From Alphaproteobacteria bacterium (GTDB lineage: Bacteria > Pseudomonadota > Alphaproteobacteria > JAEUKQ01), in contig JAEUKQ010000001.1 in the NCBI GenBank assembly GCA_016794225.1, positions 2,062 to 66,061 on the forward strand: a stretch of 64,000 nucleotides of DNA, in the 5' to 3' direction. The number at the start of each line of letters is the position of its first letter. Positions within the stretch are counted from its first letter, which is position 1. The notes under the pieces are model-generated. The model saw only the letters and a program-made list of their open reading frames with translations. It was not told the DNA's origin and did not search any database. This document shows positions 9,189 through 20,357 of the stretch, in pieces. The translations under genes were made by a program, and so were the position numbers.

Positions 9189-10575
9189 TTAGTGCCTGCT
9201 CGGTAGTCTTTTGTTTGTTTTATCGGTTATGTGCTGAATATCTTCGCCCGATAACCAACAATCCATACCGATAAACTGTTGTACAAAACGTACTGCAGAT
9301 TCATGTTGTTGCCGACAGGCCGCAAGAATAAAAACTAAAGATTTTTCAGGACTTTGCGGCACCACCAAACCCACTCTCAAATCAAGACCATAGGCATATT
9401 GTGCAGCAGAATTACCGCTGATTGCCTGAACATATCGTTCTATAACACAATCGGGCATACGGTAGGTAGAAGACCATTCTTTGGCTTGCGCTACAAAATC
9501 TACTGAGTTCCCTAAAGGAAGGTTTGGGCCATATTCTTTGATTAAATCTTTAATCTTCGCAGAATCTGGATCTTTTAGCAGTGCAATATTAAGTAAAATC
9601 ATAACTTCATCCGGATCATGGAGCTTCAAGTATATAGGGTTATGTATTTCTTGGTATAGCAAATGTGCCGCTAAAATTGGTGCCTCAGGCTCTCCTTATT
9701 CTGTAGCTTGATATAACCATATTAATGCCTGCAACCACCCTTCCCTAGTTACCACTCCATTTTCTGGCACAGTATTCCGCGCGGCATTCAATCGTGCCCA
9801 AGAGCTGCCCAAATTGGCAGCTTTAACCAATTGCTGATAAGCAGCTTCACGTTCTGATGGGTTACCTTCCCTTAAACTTTGTATTGCTACATCGGTCATT
9901 GCTTCGGGATGCCCTAGTTGGGCAGCTTTTTCAAACCAAGATTGCGATTCACTCAAGTCATTTAGATTAAAATAACTGATTCCAATAAGATATTCGGCCA
10001 TACCACCGGGTTGGTTGGCCAATTTTTGTAATTCATTAATTACACTCTTCCAGGAAGATTTTTGATATGCCTGCAAAGCTGTGCGCCAAAGCTGCAACCA
10101 ATTTGTGCTTTGATGAAGATAAAAACCCTTGGGAGCAAATAATTTCCCTTGATCATAATGATTAACAAATCGTCGTACGGGTCGTACCAGAACCAAACTT
10201 AATCTCGTAAATATCAAGCAGTCCGCTGTCCAAAATTCTATTTGATGTTTTAAAAGGGCAGCATGAATCAACTCGCCGCCAACGGATTGGCGTGTTTACC
10301 ACATCCACAAACATATACTCTTGAATAGGACTTAGCAATTGAAGATATAATGCCAACCGTTTTGACATCGTTAAATTATTATTCTGAAAACCACCTAACA
10401 TCACTGGGTATTCGGGTGCATAACCATATTGCCAATCTGTTGCTTGATCACGAAGGTTATTAAGCTGATCATTTACAGGTTGAGCCAAAACAGAAAATGA
10501 GCCTGTAAGGCTCATCCAAAAAATAACAAGTAAAATAGTGCTGTGAAAGTTATTTCCTATCATTGGCATCATCAT
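9189..10575 (-). pseudogene. candidate frameshifted Sel1-repeat secreted protein (three consecutive minus-strand ORFs in three frames)
   Basis: ORFs 10162..10575 (signal peptide), 9696..10271 (Sel1 repeats) and 9189..9662 (Sel1-like remnant 'AAQYAYGLDLRVG'). The first two overlap by 110 nt in different frames. Confidence 0.35.
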
Positions 10576-10749
10576 GAAGACAAAAAGGTAATGGTATCAA
10601 GGGTAATATAAACGAATGAACATTATAATGCCCATTTGCTAAGGTCATCATGGTTTACGCGTGATCAAAATTCTTGAAAGACATAGGTGTGTAGAATACA
10701 GAAAAAGACTTTTATATTGAGATATAATTGGAAATGTTAATTTATTTTC

Positions 10750-11910
10750 TTAGTTTATGGCTTTTAACATTACTTTAACTTCACCTGTACGCCCGGCACG
10801 AATCTGAAATTGTGCCTCGCCCCGCCAAGAGCCGCTTTGGGCAGTAACAATATAGTTACCCTCTCTTAAAGGAACGCGCGGCATGTGCCCACGCGCCGAG
10901 GCAACCACGCGCGATTTATCGGACCGTGGTCGAATTTCCCAATTTATTGATGATGCATCAATGGTCTGGCTAGGCAAATCCGCAACCAAATTCGCTTCTC
11001 CTGCATAAAAATTAAGAATATATTGGTATACCCCTTTTTCACGAACAGGCACAAGTAAATCGGCCGTCATATTGTTATAAGTAGCCCTGAGAACGTAGTT
11101 ACCAGCCGGAAGTGAAAATTCATGCCGCGCCGAATCAGAACGGCTAAAAATTTTCTGCGCAACTGTTTTTGTAACCGGATCATTTTGATAAACTTCCCAA
11201 ACAACACCTGACGTTACAAAAGGTGCTCCGGTATAGGGGATCATGCTAACTTTAACACGTCCGTTTGTTAGCGAGTCACCCCGGGATTCTGAAAACACTG
11301 GCTGATTCTGCCCCATTATTGCGGCATTTGTGGCTGGAAGATTTGAAACAGGCTGGTTATTCCGACTATTTTGGCTACTCTGACCATTTCTTGCAGTCGG
11401 AGAATTATTGTTTTTTAATATGGGCTTTTGTGGGGGAACATTTATTGAAGACAATAATGTTGGTTGTTCTACTTGCGGTTTCACCGGGGGGAAGGATAAC
11501 CCTGCTAAAGTTACTGAATTTGTCTTATCCTGTTGTGAAACACCTATACCTGAAGACATGCTTATGGTTAGCGGGATTAAACTATACTGACCAACCGATA
11601 AAAAAAGCTTATAGGATGTTTTAGCCACCATAATTTGTGACATTGAGAAACTTTTTACGTAAGTAGGCTGCCCCAAAACATATGGCATAAGCGGCTGAAT
11701 GTAAAAAGCATCGTTCCCATTGGCACTATTGTCGACGTTTTGCGATAAGATTGTTTCTTTAGGTGATAAAACATGGTTTTCTACATGGTTAATATGGTCA
11801 TTTGTCGATACACCTGGCAGATTATCTGTCCAGTTCACCGATAATAAGATGGTCAATAACAGAACAATAGTACAAACTCCCGTTACCAGGTACGTTCTTT
11901 TAAGAGCCAT
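10750..11910 (-). CDS. hypothetical secreted/anchored protein with an N/Q/S-rich low-complexity linker and two tandem beta-rich C-terminal repeats
   Basis: N-terminal TM/signal (VTGVCTIVLLLTILLSV). Internal repeat '...AGNYVLRATY...' / '...EGNYIVTAQS...'. Confidence 0.5.
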   Translation of the reverse strand: MALKRTYLVTGVCTIVLLLTILLSVNWTDNLPGVSTNDHINHVENHVLSPKETILSQNVDNSANGNDAFYIQPLMPYVLGQPTYVKSFSMSQIMVAKTSYKLFLSVGQYSLIPLTISMSSGIGVSQQDKTNSVTLAGLSFPPVKPQVEQPTLLSSINVPPQKPILKNNNSPTARNGQSSQNSRNNQPVSNLPATNAAIMGQNQPVFSESRGDSLTNGRVKVSMIPYTGAPFVTSGVVWEVYQNDPVTKTVAQKIFSRSDSARHEFSLPAGNYVLRATYNNMTADLLVPVREKGVYQYILNFYAGEANLVADLPSQTIDASSINWEIRPRSDKSRVVASARGHMPRVPLREGNYIVTAQSGSWRGEAQFQIRAGRTGEVKVMLKAIN

Positions 11911-12220
11911 AAGACAAAACCTATATCTAAAATATTTCGACAGTTGCAGAGGACATTAGGTAACGTAATTTACAAATTACATAATTTTATTGTCACTTTA
12001 CAAAAAGCTTTATACATAATTCTTACAACAAAATGAAGATATTTCTTGATAATAGCCTTAAAAAATGTATCCCATCCAAAAAAACCAAAGCTATTCAATA
12101 GCACGTTTTGCTGTCTTTCAGCCCCTAAATTACATACTAACTTTACCTGCGCATTGTTCTTTGCTAGCATTCTTACTGCACTTGATATTGTAAAAAATGT
12201 GAAGAATAGTGAGGTTTATT

Positions 12221-13270
12221 ATGCGCTATAAACAACAAAGACCAATCAATTTTATCAAAAAATCTATGCTTGGTATCGCTTCCTTTATATTGTCAGCATT
12301 TTTAATATCAGGTGGGTATGCCCAAACGCAAACAATACTGAATGTGTCTTATGACCCCACCCGTGAAATGTACAGGGCTTATAACGATCTTTTTGCAAAT
12401 TACTGGCTCAATACAACTGGTAGAAAAGTGCGCATTACCATGTCTCATGGGGGTTCAGGCGCACAAGCACGTGCAGTAATTGATGGGTTACAAGCCGATG
12501 TTGTAACTTTAGCCCTTTCCTACGATATTGATATTATCGCTGAAAAAACCAATCTAATTCCGGTGGGTTGGCAGAAACGCTTAAACCACCAAAGCGCACC
12601 TTATGTTTCAACGATTGTCTTTCTCGTTCGTCAAGGTAATCCAAAAAATATCCGTGATTGGAATGATTTGATTCGCCCAGGCGTCAGTGTGATTACCCCT
12701 AACCCAAAAACATCTGGGGTCGCGCGTTGGAACTATTTAGCTGCTTGGGGCTACGCCCTGCTGCAACCGGATGGAAGCGATGAGAAAGCAAAAAGCTTTA
12801 TTGGCAAGCTTTTTGCTAATGTACCAATACTTGATACCGGTGCTCGGGATGCAACCAACACCTTTATCCAACGTGGAATTGGTGATGTGTTAGTTACATG
12901 GGAAAATGAAGCTTTACTTGCCCTGCAACGCTTGGGTAAAAATCAATATGAAGTTGTAATACCTTCAATGAGTATTTTAGCAGAACCAACCGTTGCACTT
13001 GTAGATGGAAACGTTGATAAAAAAGGTACTCGGGCAGTTGCACAAGCTTATTTAGAATATTTGTATAGCCCCGAGGCCCAAGAATTATTGGCGCAACATT
13101 ATTATCGGCCAACGCTTGAGTCCGTAGCTAAGAAACATCAAAATCGCTTTCCAAATTTACAATTATTTACAATTGATCAAATATTTGGCGGATGGCACAA
13201 AGCAACATATCAACATTTTGTTGAAGGGGGCATTTTTGACCAGCTATACACACCACAAAAACAAAAATAA
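12221..13270 (+). CDS. sbp: sulfate/thiosulfate-binding periplasmic protein Sbp/CysP
   Basis: Signal peptide plus a sulfate-binding-protein fold. Followed by cysT-cysW-cysA. ATG 12221 is preceded by GAGG. Confidence 0.9.
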   Translation: MRYKQQRPINFIKKSMLGIASFILSAFLISGGYAQTQTILNVSYDPTREMYRAYNDLFANYWLNTTGRKVRITMSHGGSGAQARAVIDGLQADVVTLALSYDIDIIAEKTNLIPVGWQKRLNHQSAPYVSTIVFLVRQGNPKNIRDWNDLIRPGVSVITPNPKTSGVARWNYLAAWGYALLQPDGSDEKAKSFIGKLFANVPILDTGARDATNTFIQRGIGDVLVTWENEALLALQRLGKNQYEVVIPSMSILAEPTVALVDGNVDKKGTRAVAQAYLEYLYSPEAQELLAQHYYRPTLESVAKKHQNRFPNLQLFTIDQIFGGWHKATYQHFVEGGIFDQLYTPQKQK

Positions 13271-13304
13271 CATTAATCAAAACATCCCCCAAAAAGGAAA
13301 TATC

Positions 13305-14144
13305 ATGGCGCGTCTTATCCAAAATCGGCAGCGACATATATTACCTGGTTTTGGTTTGAATATGGGGGTTATGTTATTTTTTGTTGGGTTGTTGATTGTA
13401 TTACCACTTGCCGCACTTTTTATGCACACAACAAATATTAGTTGGTCAAAATTCGTAGATATTGCTCAAGACGAACGTGTACAGTCAGCCCTAAAGTTAA
13501 GTTTTTCATCCGCAATTATTGCAGCTTTGATCAATTTATTTGCGGGCATTATGGTTGCTTGGGTCCTGGTACGTTACGATTTTATCGGCAGGCGGTTGTT
13601 TGATTCGCTTATTGATTTTCCGTTTGCTTTGCCAACGGCCGTAGCGGGTATGACCTTAGCCAGCCTATACGACCATAATGGTTGGCTAGGTGGATTATTG
13701 AAAAGTGTAGGGGTTCAAGTTGTGCAAACACAAGCAGGAATAGTTTTAGCACTTGTTTTTATTGGTTTTCCATTTGTTGTAAGATCGGTGCAACCCGTTC
13801 TTGCCGATATGAATCAAGAAATTGAGCAGGCGGCCAAAAGCCTTGGGGCAAATGGTCGCCAGTTTTTCTGGCGCATAGTGTTACCGACGATTTTACCCGC
13901 AGCCTTTACTGGATTTAGCCTGGCGCTGGCACGTGGTATTGGCGAATATGGCTCCGTAATTTTTATTGCAGGTAATATTCCTTATGTTTCAGAAATTGCC
14001 CCGTTGTTGATTGCAATTCGTGTTGATGAAGAATCTGGCTACGAAAGTGCAGCAGTTATTGCCATTTTAATGATGATTATTGCTTTTATATTATTACTGT
14101 TGGGCAATGTATTACAACGATGGACACGTTTTTACCAAAAATAA
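13305..14144 (+). CDS. cysT: sulfate ABC transporter permease CysT
   Basis: ATG with an AAGGAAA RBS. Multi-TM protein with a permease EAA-like loop. Position in the operon. Confidence 0.85.
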   Translation: MARLIQNRQRHILPGFGLNMGVMLFFVGLLIVLPLAALFMHTTNISWSKFVDIAQDERVQSALKLSFSSAIIAALINLFAGIMVAWVLVRYDFIGRRLFDSLIDFPFALPTAVAGMTLASLYDHNGWLGGLLKSVGVQVVQTQAGIVLALVFIGFPFVVRSVQPVLADMNQEIEQAAKSLGANGRQFFWRIVLPTILPAAFTGFSLALARGIGEYGSVIFIAGNIPYVSEIAPLLIAIRVDEESGYESAAVIAILMMIIAFILLLLGNVLQRWTRFYQK

Positions 14145-14209
14145 TAAAAAAGCTTTTCTAATAACCAAACATATCGTTATGATGTTTTTTTGACTTTCTG
14201 GAAACGCCT

Positions 14210-15037
14210 ATGGGCCGTATATTATTAATTACTGTTACCGTTATATTTTTACTGTTTTTGTTGATAATGCCGATTGCTTTTATTATGATCGAGGCAGTTG
14301 GGAGTGGTTTGCAACCTTATGCTCAAGCAATCGGCAATCAAGCAACACTACATGCCATATTGCTAACCATCTTGGTGACGGCGGTCACAATTGTCATTAA
14401 TATTATAATTGGGCTAAGTGGTGCGTGGTTAATTAGCAAATTTTCGTTTCGTGGCAAAGCCTTTTTAACTACATTAATCGAATTACCTTTTTCCATCTCA
14501 CCTGTTGTGGTCGGTTTTCTATTTATCTTGCTTTTTGGATATAATGGATGGTTTGGCAAGTTGCTTGATAACTACGGCATTCAAATAGCCTTTGCCGTTC
14601 CAGGAATTATTCTTGTTACCGTTTTTGTGACTTTTCCCTTTATTATTCGTGAATTAATCCCATTAATGCAAGAACAGGGAAAGGATGAAGAAGAAACAGC
14701 CTTATCACTTGGTGCCAGGGGTTGGAGTATTTTCTGGCACATTACGCTGCCAAATATTAAGTGGGGGCTGTTGTACGGCGTTGTTTTGTGCCTGGCACGC
14801 GCCATGGGAGAATTCGGTGCAGTTAGCATTATTTCCGGAAATATCCAGGGCGAAACAGACACCTTAACGTTACACATTAAAAATTTATATGATGGATATT
14901 ATTATAACGAAGCTTTTGCCGTATCGTCTTTACTTCTGATCGTGGCTTTAGCAACTTTGTTGATAAAATCCTTTTTAGAATGGTCATTTAAGCCCAAAAC
15001 CAAATATAAAACCAAAACCACCTTGAAAAAAACATGA
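14210..15037 (+). CDS. cysW: sulfate ABC transporter permease CysW
   Basis: Paralogous permease immediately downstream of cysT. Overlaps cysA by 4 nt. Confidence 0.85.
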   Translation: MGRILLITVTVIFLLFLLIMPIAFIMIEAVGSGLQPYAQAIGNQATLHAILLTILVTAVTIVINIIIGLSGAWLISKFSFRGKAFLTTLIELPFSISPVVVGFLFILLFGYNGWFGKLLDNYGIQIAFAVPGIILVTVFVTFPFIIRELIPLMQEQGKDEEETALSLGARGWSIFWHITLPNIKWGLLYGVVLCLARAMGEFGAVSIISGNIQGETDTLTLHIKNLYDGYYYNEAFAVSSLLLIVALATLLIKSFLEWSFKPKTKYKTKTTLKKT

Positions 15038-16137
15038 TTAATATTGAACGGATAAATAAAAGTTTTGATCATGGCCGCATTCGCATCTTAGAAGATGTTA
15101 ATTTTTCAGTTCCCAAAGGCCAGCTAGTTGCCTTACTTGGTCCATCAGGTTCTGGAAAAACCACTCTGCTTCGATTAATTGCAGGGTTAGAAAACGCAGA
15201 CAGTGGAACTATAGAGCTTGAAGGCAAGCCTGCCCAGTCCAAAACGATTCAGCAACGCCAAGTTGGCTTTGTTTTTCAGCATTACGCATTATTTAGGCAT
15301 ATGAATGTTTTTAACAATGTGGCCTTTGGTTTGCGTGTAAAACCCTGGTTCAAACGCCCAAAACGCAAAATTATTCAGCAAAAAGTTCAAGAATTACTGG
15401 AACTTGTCCAAATTAATGAACTGGCGAAACGTTATCCATCACAACTATCTGGCGGGCAACGACAGCGGGTGGCACTTGCACGGGCACTAGCGATCGAGCC
15501 AAAAATTCTGCTACTTGATGAACCTTTTGGTGCTTTAGATGCCAATGTACGGCAAGAATTGCGAATCTGGCTGCGCAAATTACATGATCGGATGCAACTA
15601 ACAACCCTTTTTGTAACACATGATCAACAAGAAGCTATGGATTTAGCCGACCGGATTATTTTGCTTCAGAAGGGCAAATTACAACAAATAGATACACCGG
15701 AAAACATTTATGAAAAACCAGCAAACCTGTTTGTCTACCAATTTCTAGGTTCTTTTAACACTATTCGTCTACCCGTCAATAACTCGAGCATTAAAATCGG
15801 CCACCATGTTTTTCAAACTGACCGACAAATTGCCAACGCTGATATGGGGATATTTTATATCCGTCCCTATCATTTACGCCTTTTATCGCAAAACCAAGCC
15901 ACCACGGCACATTTTTATGCTTCTGTTCAAGGTATTTTATTTAATGGTTCAATCATTAAACTACAAATACAGCCCATAGACTATCTTAGCGGTATTTATG
16001 AAGTAACAATTTCACCATCCGACTATCATGCCCATCATGTTAAGAATGGGGCAATATACCCGTTTTCCATTCAAGAACTTGCCTTTTTTATCACACCACA
16101 GCAACCGCCAATCACTTTTAAAACAAGTGAATCATAA
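15034..16137 (+). CDS. cysA: sulfate/thiosulfate import ATP-binding protein CysA
   Basis: Walker A 'GPSGSGKTT'. Signature 'LSGGQRQRV'. Walker B 'LLLDEP'. C-terminal TOBE-like extension. Confidence 0.9.
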   Translation: MINIERINKSFDHGRIRILEDVNFSVPKGQLVALLGPSGSGKTTLLRLIAGLENADSGTIELEGKPAQSKTIQQRQVGFVFQHYALFRHMNVFNNVAFGLRVKPWFKRPKRKIIQQKVQELLELVQINELAKRYPSQLSGGQRQRVALARALAIEPKILLLDEPFGALDANVRQELRIWLRKLHDRMQLTTLFVTHDQQEAMDLADRIILLQKGKLQQIDTPENIYEKPANLFVYQFLGSFNTIRLPVNNSSIKIGHHVFQTDRQIANADMGIFYIRPYHLRLLSQNQATTAHFYASVQGILFNGSIIKLQIQPIDYLSGIYEVTISPSDYHAHHVKNGAIYPFSIQELAFFITPQQPPITFKTSES

Positions 16138-16153
16138 TATCCTAATCATGAAA

Positions 16154-19100
16154 CTAATCTGATCCTTGCGCCAACAGCCCATGGTTTCCGCCGGCCGCTG
16201 TAATATCAACACTAACAAGACGCTCGGTTGCGAAGCGCAACAAATAGTTAGGGCCACCAGCTTTAGGCCCCGTGCCCGACAACCCCTCACCCCCAAAAGG
16301 ATGAACACCTACTACCGCACCAATCATACTCCGATTAACATAAATATTTCCAACACGACAATGTTCCTGTATGTAATCGATGGTACTTTGAATACGACTG
16401 TGAATACCTAATGTCAGACCATAACCTGTTGCGTTAATGTCTTTTATCACATGGTCCAGTTGGCTTTTATTCCAAGATACCAAATGCAAAATAGGTCCAA
16501 ATACTTCACTTTGTAATATATCAGCCTTTGACAGTTCCGCCAGGGTTGGTGGGAAAAAATGTCCCTTAGGTAAATCTTTTTGTATGTCGCACGAATACAA
16601 AATATGTGCACTTTTTTCTAAGTAATGAAAATGTTGGTTCAATTTGTTGATCGCAATTTCATCAATCACGGGGCCTACATCTGTAGTTAAATAGGCAGGA
16701 TGGCCAATACGCAATTCCTTCATAGCACCGGTCAGCATAGTAATTAAACGTTCTTTAAGTTCTTCCTGAACAAAAACCACCCGGCATGCTGAACAACGCT
16801 GTCCGCTTGACTGAAAAGCAGAAACAAGCAAATCACGAACCACTTGTTCAAGCAAGGCCGACGAATCAACAATCATGGCATTAATACCACCCGTTTCAGC
16901 AACCAGTGGAACAATTGCACCACCACGATTTGCCAAACTACGATTAATTGCTTGTGCCGTCGCCGTTGACCCAGTAAAAACAACCCCGTTGACCAGCGGA
17001 TCTGCCACCAACCTTGCACCGATATCGGCGCCACCAATGATAAGGTGCAGGATTGAACGGGGGACACCAGCTTGATACAACAAATTTACCGCAGCATAAG
17101 CAATTAATGGTGTCTGGGGAGCAGGTTTAGCAAGCACTGCATTACCGGCGGCGAGCGCAGCAGTAACCTGTCCCATAAAAATAGCTAGGGGAAAATTCCA
17201 AGGCGAAATGGCAACAAAAACCCCCCTACCATGTAATGATAGCTCGTTCCTCTCACCAGTTGGGCCTGGCATTAATTGTGATTTGGCAAACAACCGACGC
17301 GCTTGGTTAGCATAATACCGACAAAAATCGATCGCTTCCCTCCATTCAGCAATCGCATCAACCATGGTCTTGCCAGCTTCATAAACTAATAGTCCAATCA
17401 GCTGTGGTGCTTGCTCCTCTAGAAGATGGGCTGTTTTTTCTAAATAAACTGCCCGCGCTTCTGCGCCCTGCCTGCTCCAGCTTATTTGTGCATGATGTGC
17501 TATATGGAAGGCTTGCTGAATTTCGTGTTCTTGTTGTTGCTTCGCATAACCTAATAAATGCTGAACATCAGCAGGACTAAAAACCTTGCTAGCTCCTGAT
17601 TGAGAAGAAAAATGAGCATTTAAGGGAAAAGAATTTGCAAAATGAGCAATCTTTTTTTCTAGATCTTGGCTAACAATTGTATTTGTCACATCAATTCCTT
17701 TCGCATTTAAACGCTCTGATCCGTAAATAAGACGTGGTATTGGCAATTTGGGGCTTCTTTTTTTATCCCAGGCACGAATTTGCTGGATCGGGTCAGAAAC
17801 AAGCTGCATGGCCTTGCGATCTCGATCAAAAATTTGGTTCACAAAAGAACTATTAGCTCCATTCTCAAGCATACGGCGAACCAGGTAAGGCAACAAATCT
17901 TGATGTGAACCAACTGGCGCATAAATACGCACGGGAATCTTTGGGTAATCTTGGCGTACGCCGTGATAAAGGCTTTCGCCCATACCCTCTAGCCGCTGAA
18001 ATTCGTATGATTCGGTTCTCTTAAGCTGTGCGAGATGAATAATAAAAGCTACTGTATGTGCATTATGGGTTGCAAATTGGGGAAAAATGCAATCTTGTGC
18101 AGCAAGTAATTTTTCGGCACACACCTGATATGATAAATCCGTTGCTGCTTTACGGGTAAAAACAGGGTAATCGCTGACACCCTTTTCCTGCGCGCGTTTA
18201 ATTTCTGTATCCCAGTAAGCACCCTTAACAAGCCGAACCATTATTTTGCGACCAGCCATGCGTGCATTCTCGATAAGCCATTCTATTGTTGGCAAAGACC
18301 TTTTTTGATATGCTTGAACAGCCAACCCCAATCCTTCCCATCCCTGAAGATCTGGGTGATGGATCAAGTGCTGAAATATCAGCAACGATAATTCTAAACG
18401 ATCGGCTTCCTCGGCATCAAAAGTTACGTGAATTTGTGCGGCCTTGGCGCTAGAGCAAAGATTCAGTACTATTGGTATCAATTCATGCTGTATGCGTTGT
18501 ATTTGACTTATTTCATAGCGAGGATGCAAGGCTGATAGTTTAATGGAAATACCCGGAGCTTTCTGACAACCCTGACCGGTAGATACTTTTGCAATTGCGT
18601 CAATTGCGTGTTGATAAGCTTTTTTATAACGCTCTGCATCAGCAGCTGTTTTTGCTCCCTCGCCAAGCATATCGTAGCTATAGCGATCACCCGCCCGAAT
18701 ATAGGTCACAGCCCTTTTTAACGCGTCATGAATATGATGTCCCATAATAAATTGTTGACCTAATACACGCATTGCTTGTTGCAAGCCAAATCGAATTAAT
18801 GGTTTTATCAACTGCGCTACAGTAAGCCTTACTAAACCCAACGGGATGAGGTTGAATTTTTTTTGATGAATCGGTCGATAATTTAAACAACTTGCCATCG
18901 CCAGACCAAGACTAGCGATATTTACAAGCGCTGATCTGGATTTACCAATATGGCTCTGCCAATTGCCTTGTTGCAACTTGTCATAAATAAGCAAATTGGC
19001 TGTAGAACTATCTGGTATACGCAACAAAGCTTCAGCTAATGACAGCAAAATAACGCCGTCAACATCAGCAATTCTATATTCTTGTAAGAAAGCACGGTAG

Positions 19101-19297
19101 CCCTTTGTCTCTATCCGGTGTTTGCGAATGAAATCAACCCATTTTGCTGCTAAGGTTGTCGCTTGATCGCTGATTGGTTGCCATGTTTTTGTATATTCAA
19201 GCAGGTCGTGGACAACCCCTTCTTCATCAGCATCATACAAAGACTGTAGGTGGTTAAAGATATCTTTTACTCTATAATGAACTGCATTTCCTGACAT
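16154..19297 (-). CDS. putA: bifunctional proline dehydrogenase / delta-1-pyrroline-5-carboxylate dehydrogenase PutA
   Basis: 1047 aa with an N-terminal PRODH domain and a C-terminal aldehyde-dehydrogenase domain. Its size fits the bifunctional form without a DNA-binding domain. Confidence 0.9.
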   Translation of the reverse strand: MSGNAVHYRVKDIFNHLQSLYDADEEGVVHDLLEYTKTWQPISDQATTLAAKWVDFIRKHRIETKGYRAFLQEYRIADVDGVILLSLAEALLRIPDSSTANLLIYDKLQQGNWQSHIGKSRSALVNIASLGLAMASCLNYRPIHQKKFNLIPLGLVRLTVAQLIKPLIRFGLQQAMRVLGQQFIMGHHIHDALKRAVTYIRAGDRYSYDMLGEGAKTAADAERYKKAYQHAIDAIAKVSTGQGCQKAPGISIKLSALHPRYEISQIQRIQHELIPIVLNLCSSAKAAQIHVTFDAEEADRLELSLLIFQHLIHHPDLQGWEGLGLAVQAYQKRSLPTIEWLIENARMAGRKIMVRLVKGAYWDTEIKRAQEKGVSDYPVFTRKAATDLSYQVCAEKLLAAQDCIFPQFATHNAHTVAFIIHLAQLKRTESYEFQRLEGMGESLYHGVRQDYPKIPVRIYAPVGSHQDLLPYLVRRMLENGANSSFVNQIFDRDRKAMQLVSDPIQQIRAWDKKRSPKLPIPRLIYGSERLNAKGIDVTNTIVSQDLEKKIAHFANSFPLNAHFSSQSGASKVFSPADVQHLLGYAKQQQEHEIQQAFHIAHHAQISWSRQGAEARAVYLEKTAHLLEEQAPQLIGLLVYEAGKTMVDAIAEWREAIDFCRYYANQARRLFAKSQLMPGPTGERNELSLHGRGVFVAISPWNFPLAIFMGQVTAALAAGNAVLAKPAPQTPLIAYAAVNLLYQAGVPRSILHLIIGGADIGARLVADPLVNGVVFTGSTATAQAINRSLANRGGAIVPLVAETGGINAMIVDSSALLEQVVRDLLVSAFQSSGQRCSACRVVFVQEELKERLITMLTGAMKELRIGHPAYLTTDVGPVIDEIAINKLNQHFHYLEKSAHILYSCDIQKDLPKGHFFPPTLAELSKADILQSEVFGPILHLVSWNKSQLDHVIKDINATGYGLTLGIHSRIQSTIDYIQEHCRVGNIYVNRSMIGAVVGVHPFGGEGLSGTGPKAGGPNYLLRFATERLVSVDITAAGGNHGLLAQGSD

Positions 19298-19527
19298 TTA
19301 AGCCGCCTTAAACCAGACTTACGAATTTGACGATTAGGGCAAGACACCAGAATCAGATATAAACATTATTACAGAAGAAGGATCAACTCTTAAAAAGAAT
19401 TTTAATTATGCAGCTAAAATTGTTTTTCAGCAATATCAAAGGATCAGCTTGCCTGTTTTACTTTTTTTGGCTAAGGTAAAGCACATTTGGTATCAAAATA
19501 AGTTTTTAGTCAGCTAAAGGCAAATAT

Positions 19528-20295
19528 GTGATGAATTGGCGTTTTATGCAAGGCCGATCTTACCAATTAGACAAGATGGGTCTTAGGGATTTATTTAAAG
19601 CTTTTTTTACCTATCCTACAATTTTAGTTTATTTGGGCCTTGCCATATTGATGATTTATTTAGCATCGCAGGCAGAAGGATCAGGGTGGATGGTTTTTAC
19701 GCCAATTTTGGCGACAGTTCTTATTTATCCCCTTGCCTGGTATCTGATCCACCGTTTTATCCTGCATGGACGTTACCTGTATAAAATCCGCCTCACTGCC
19801 ACTGCTTGGAAAAGAATTCATTTTGATCATCACCAAGATCCACATAACCTGCATGTCCTGTTCGGGGCATTATACACAACCCTACCAACAATTTTTATTA
19901 TCACTGTTACAACTGGCTGGCTGATTGCAGATGAAATGGGAATTTATATAGCCTGTGCCAGTGGTCTAATCATGACCTGTTTTTATGAATTTTGTCATTG
20001 CATTCAACATCTTAATTATCAACCACGAACGGCGTTTATTCAGAAAATAAAAAAATGGCATCTAGCCCACCATTTTCATAACGAACAGGGTAATTATGGG
20101 ATCACCAACTATTTTTGGGATCGGCTGTTTAAAACTTTCTACCACCGTCCCCACGACGTGCCCCGCAGCAAAACTGTTTTTAATCTCGGTTACACCGCCG
20201 AAGAAGCTGATCTCTACCCTTGGGTTTTACAAAAATCGCATGGCATACGCCGCGATGATGGACCAGGTAAAACCCGCCAAAAGCCTAGCGAATAA
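19528..20295 (+). CDS. fatty acid hydroxylase / sterol desaturase superfamily membrane protein
   Basis: Histidine boxes 'HFDHHQDPH' and 'HLAHHFHNEQ' in a multi-TM protein. Confidence 0.7.
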   Translation: MMNWRFMQGRSYQLDKMGLRDLFKAFFTYPTILVYLGLAILMIYLASQAEGSGWMVFTPILATVLIYPLAWYLIHRFILHGRYLYKIRLTATAWKRIHFDHHQDPHNLHVLFGALYTTLPTIFIITVTTGWLIADEMGIYIACASGLIMTCFYEFCHCIQHLNYQPRTAFIQKIKKWHLAHHFHNEQGNYGITNYFWDRLFKTFYHRPHDVPRSKTVFNLGYTAEEADLYPWVLQKSHGIRRDDGPGKTRQKPSE

Positions 20296-20357
20296 TTGTC
20301 AAGAGTAGAATAGACGTTTAATTTATTACTCAAAATAAATTGGAAATTTTTGAAAAA

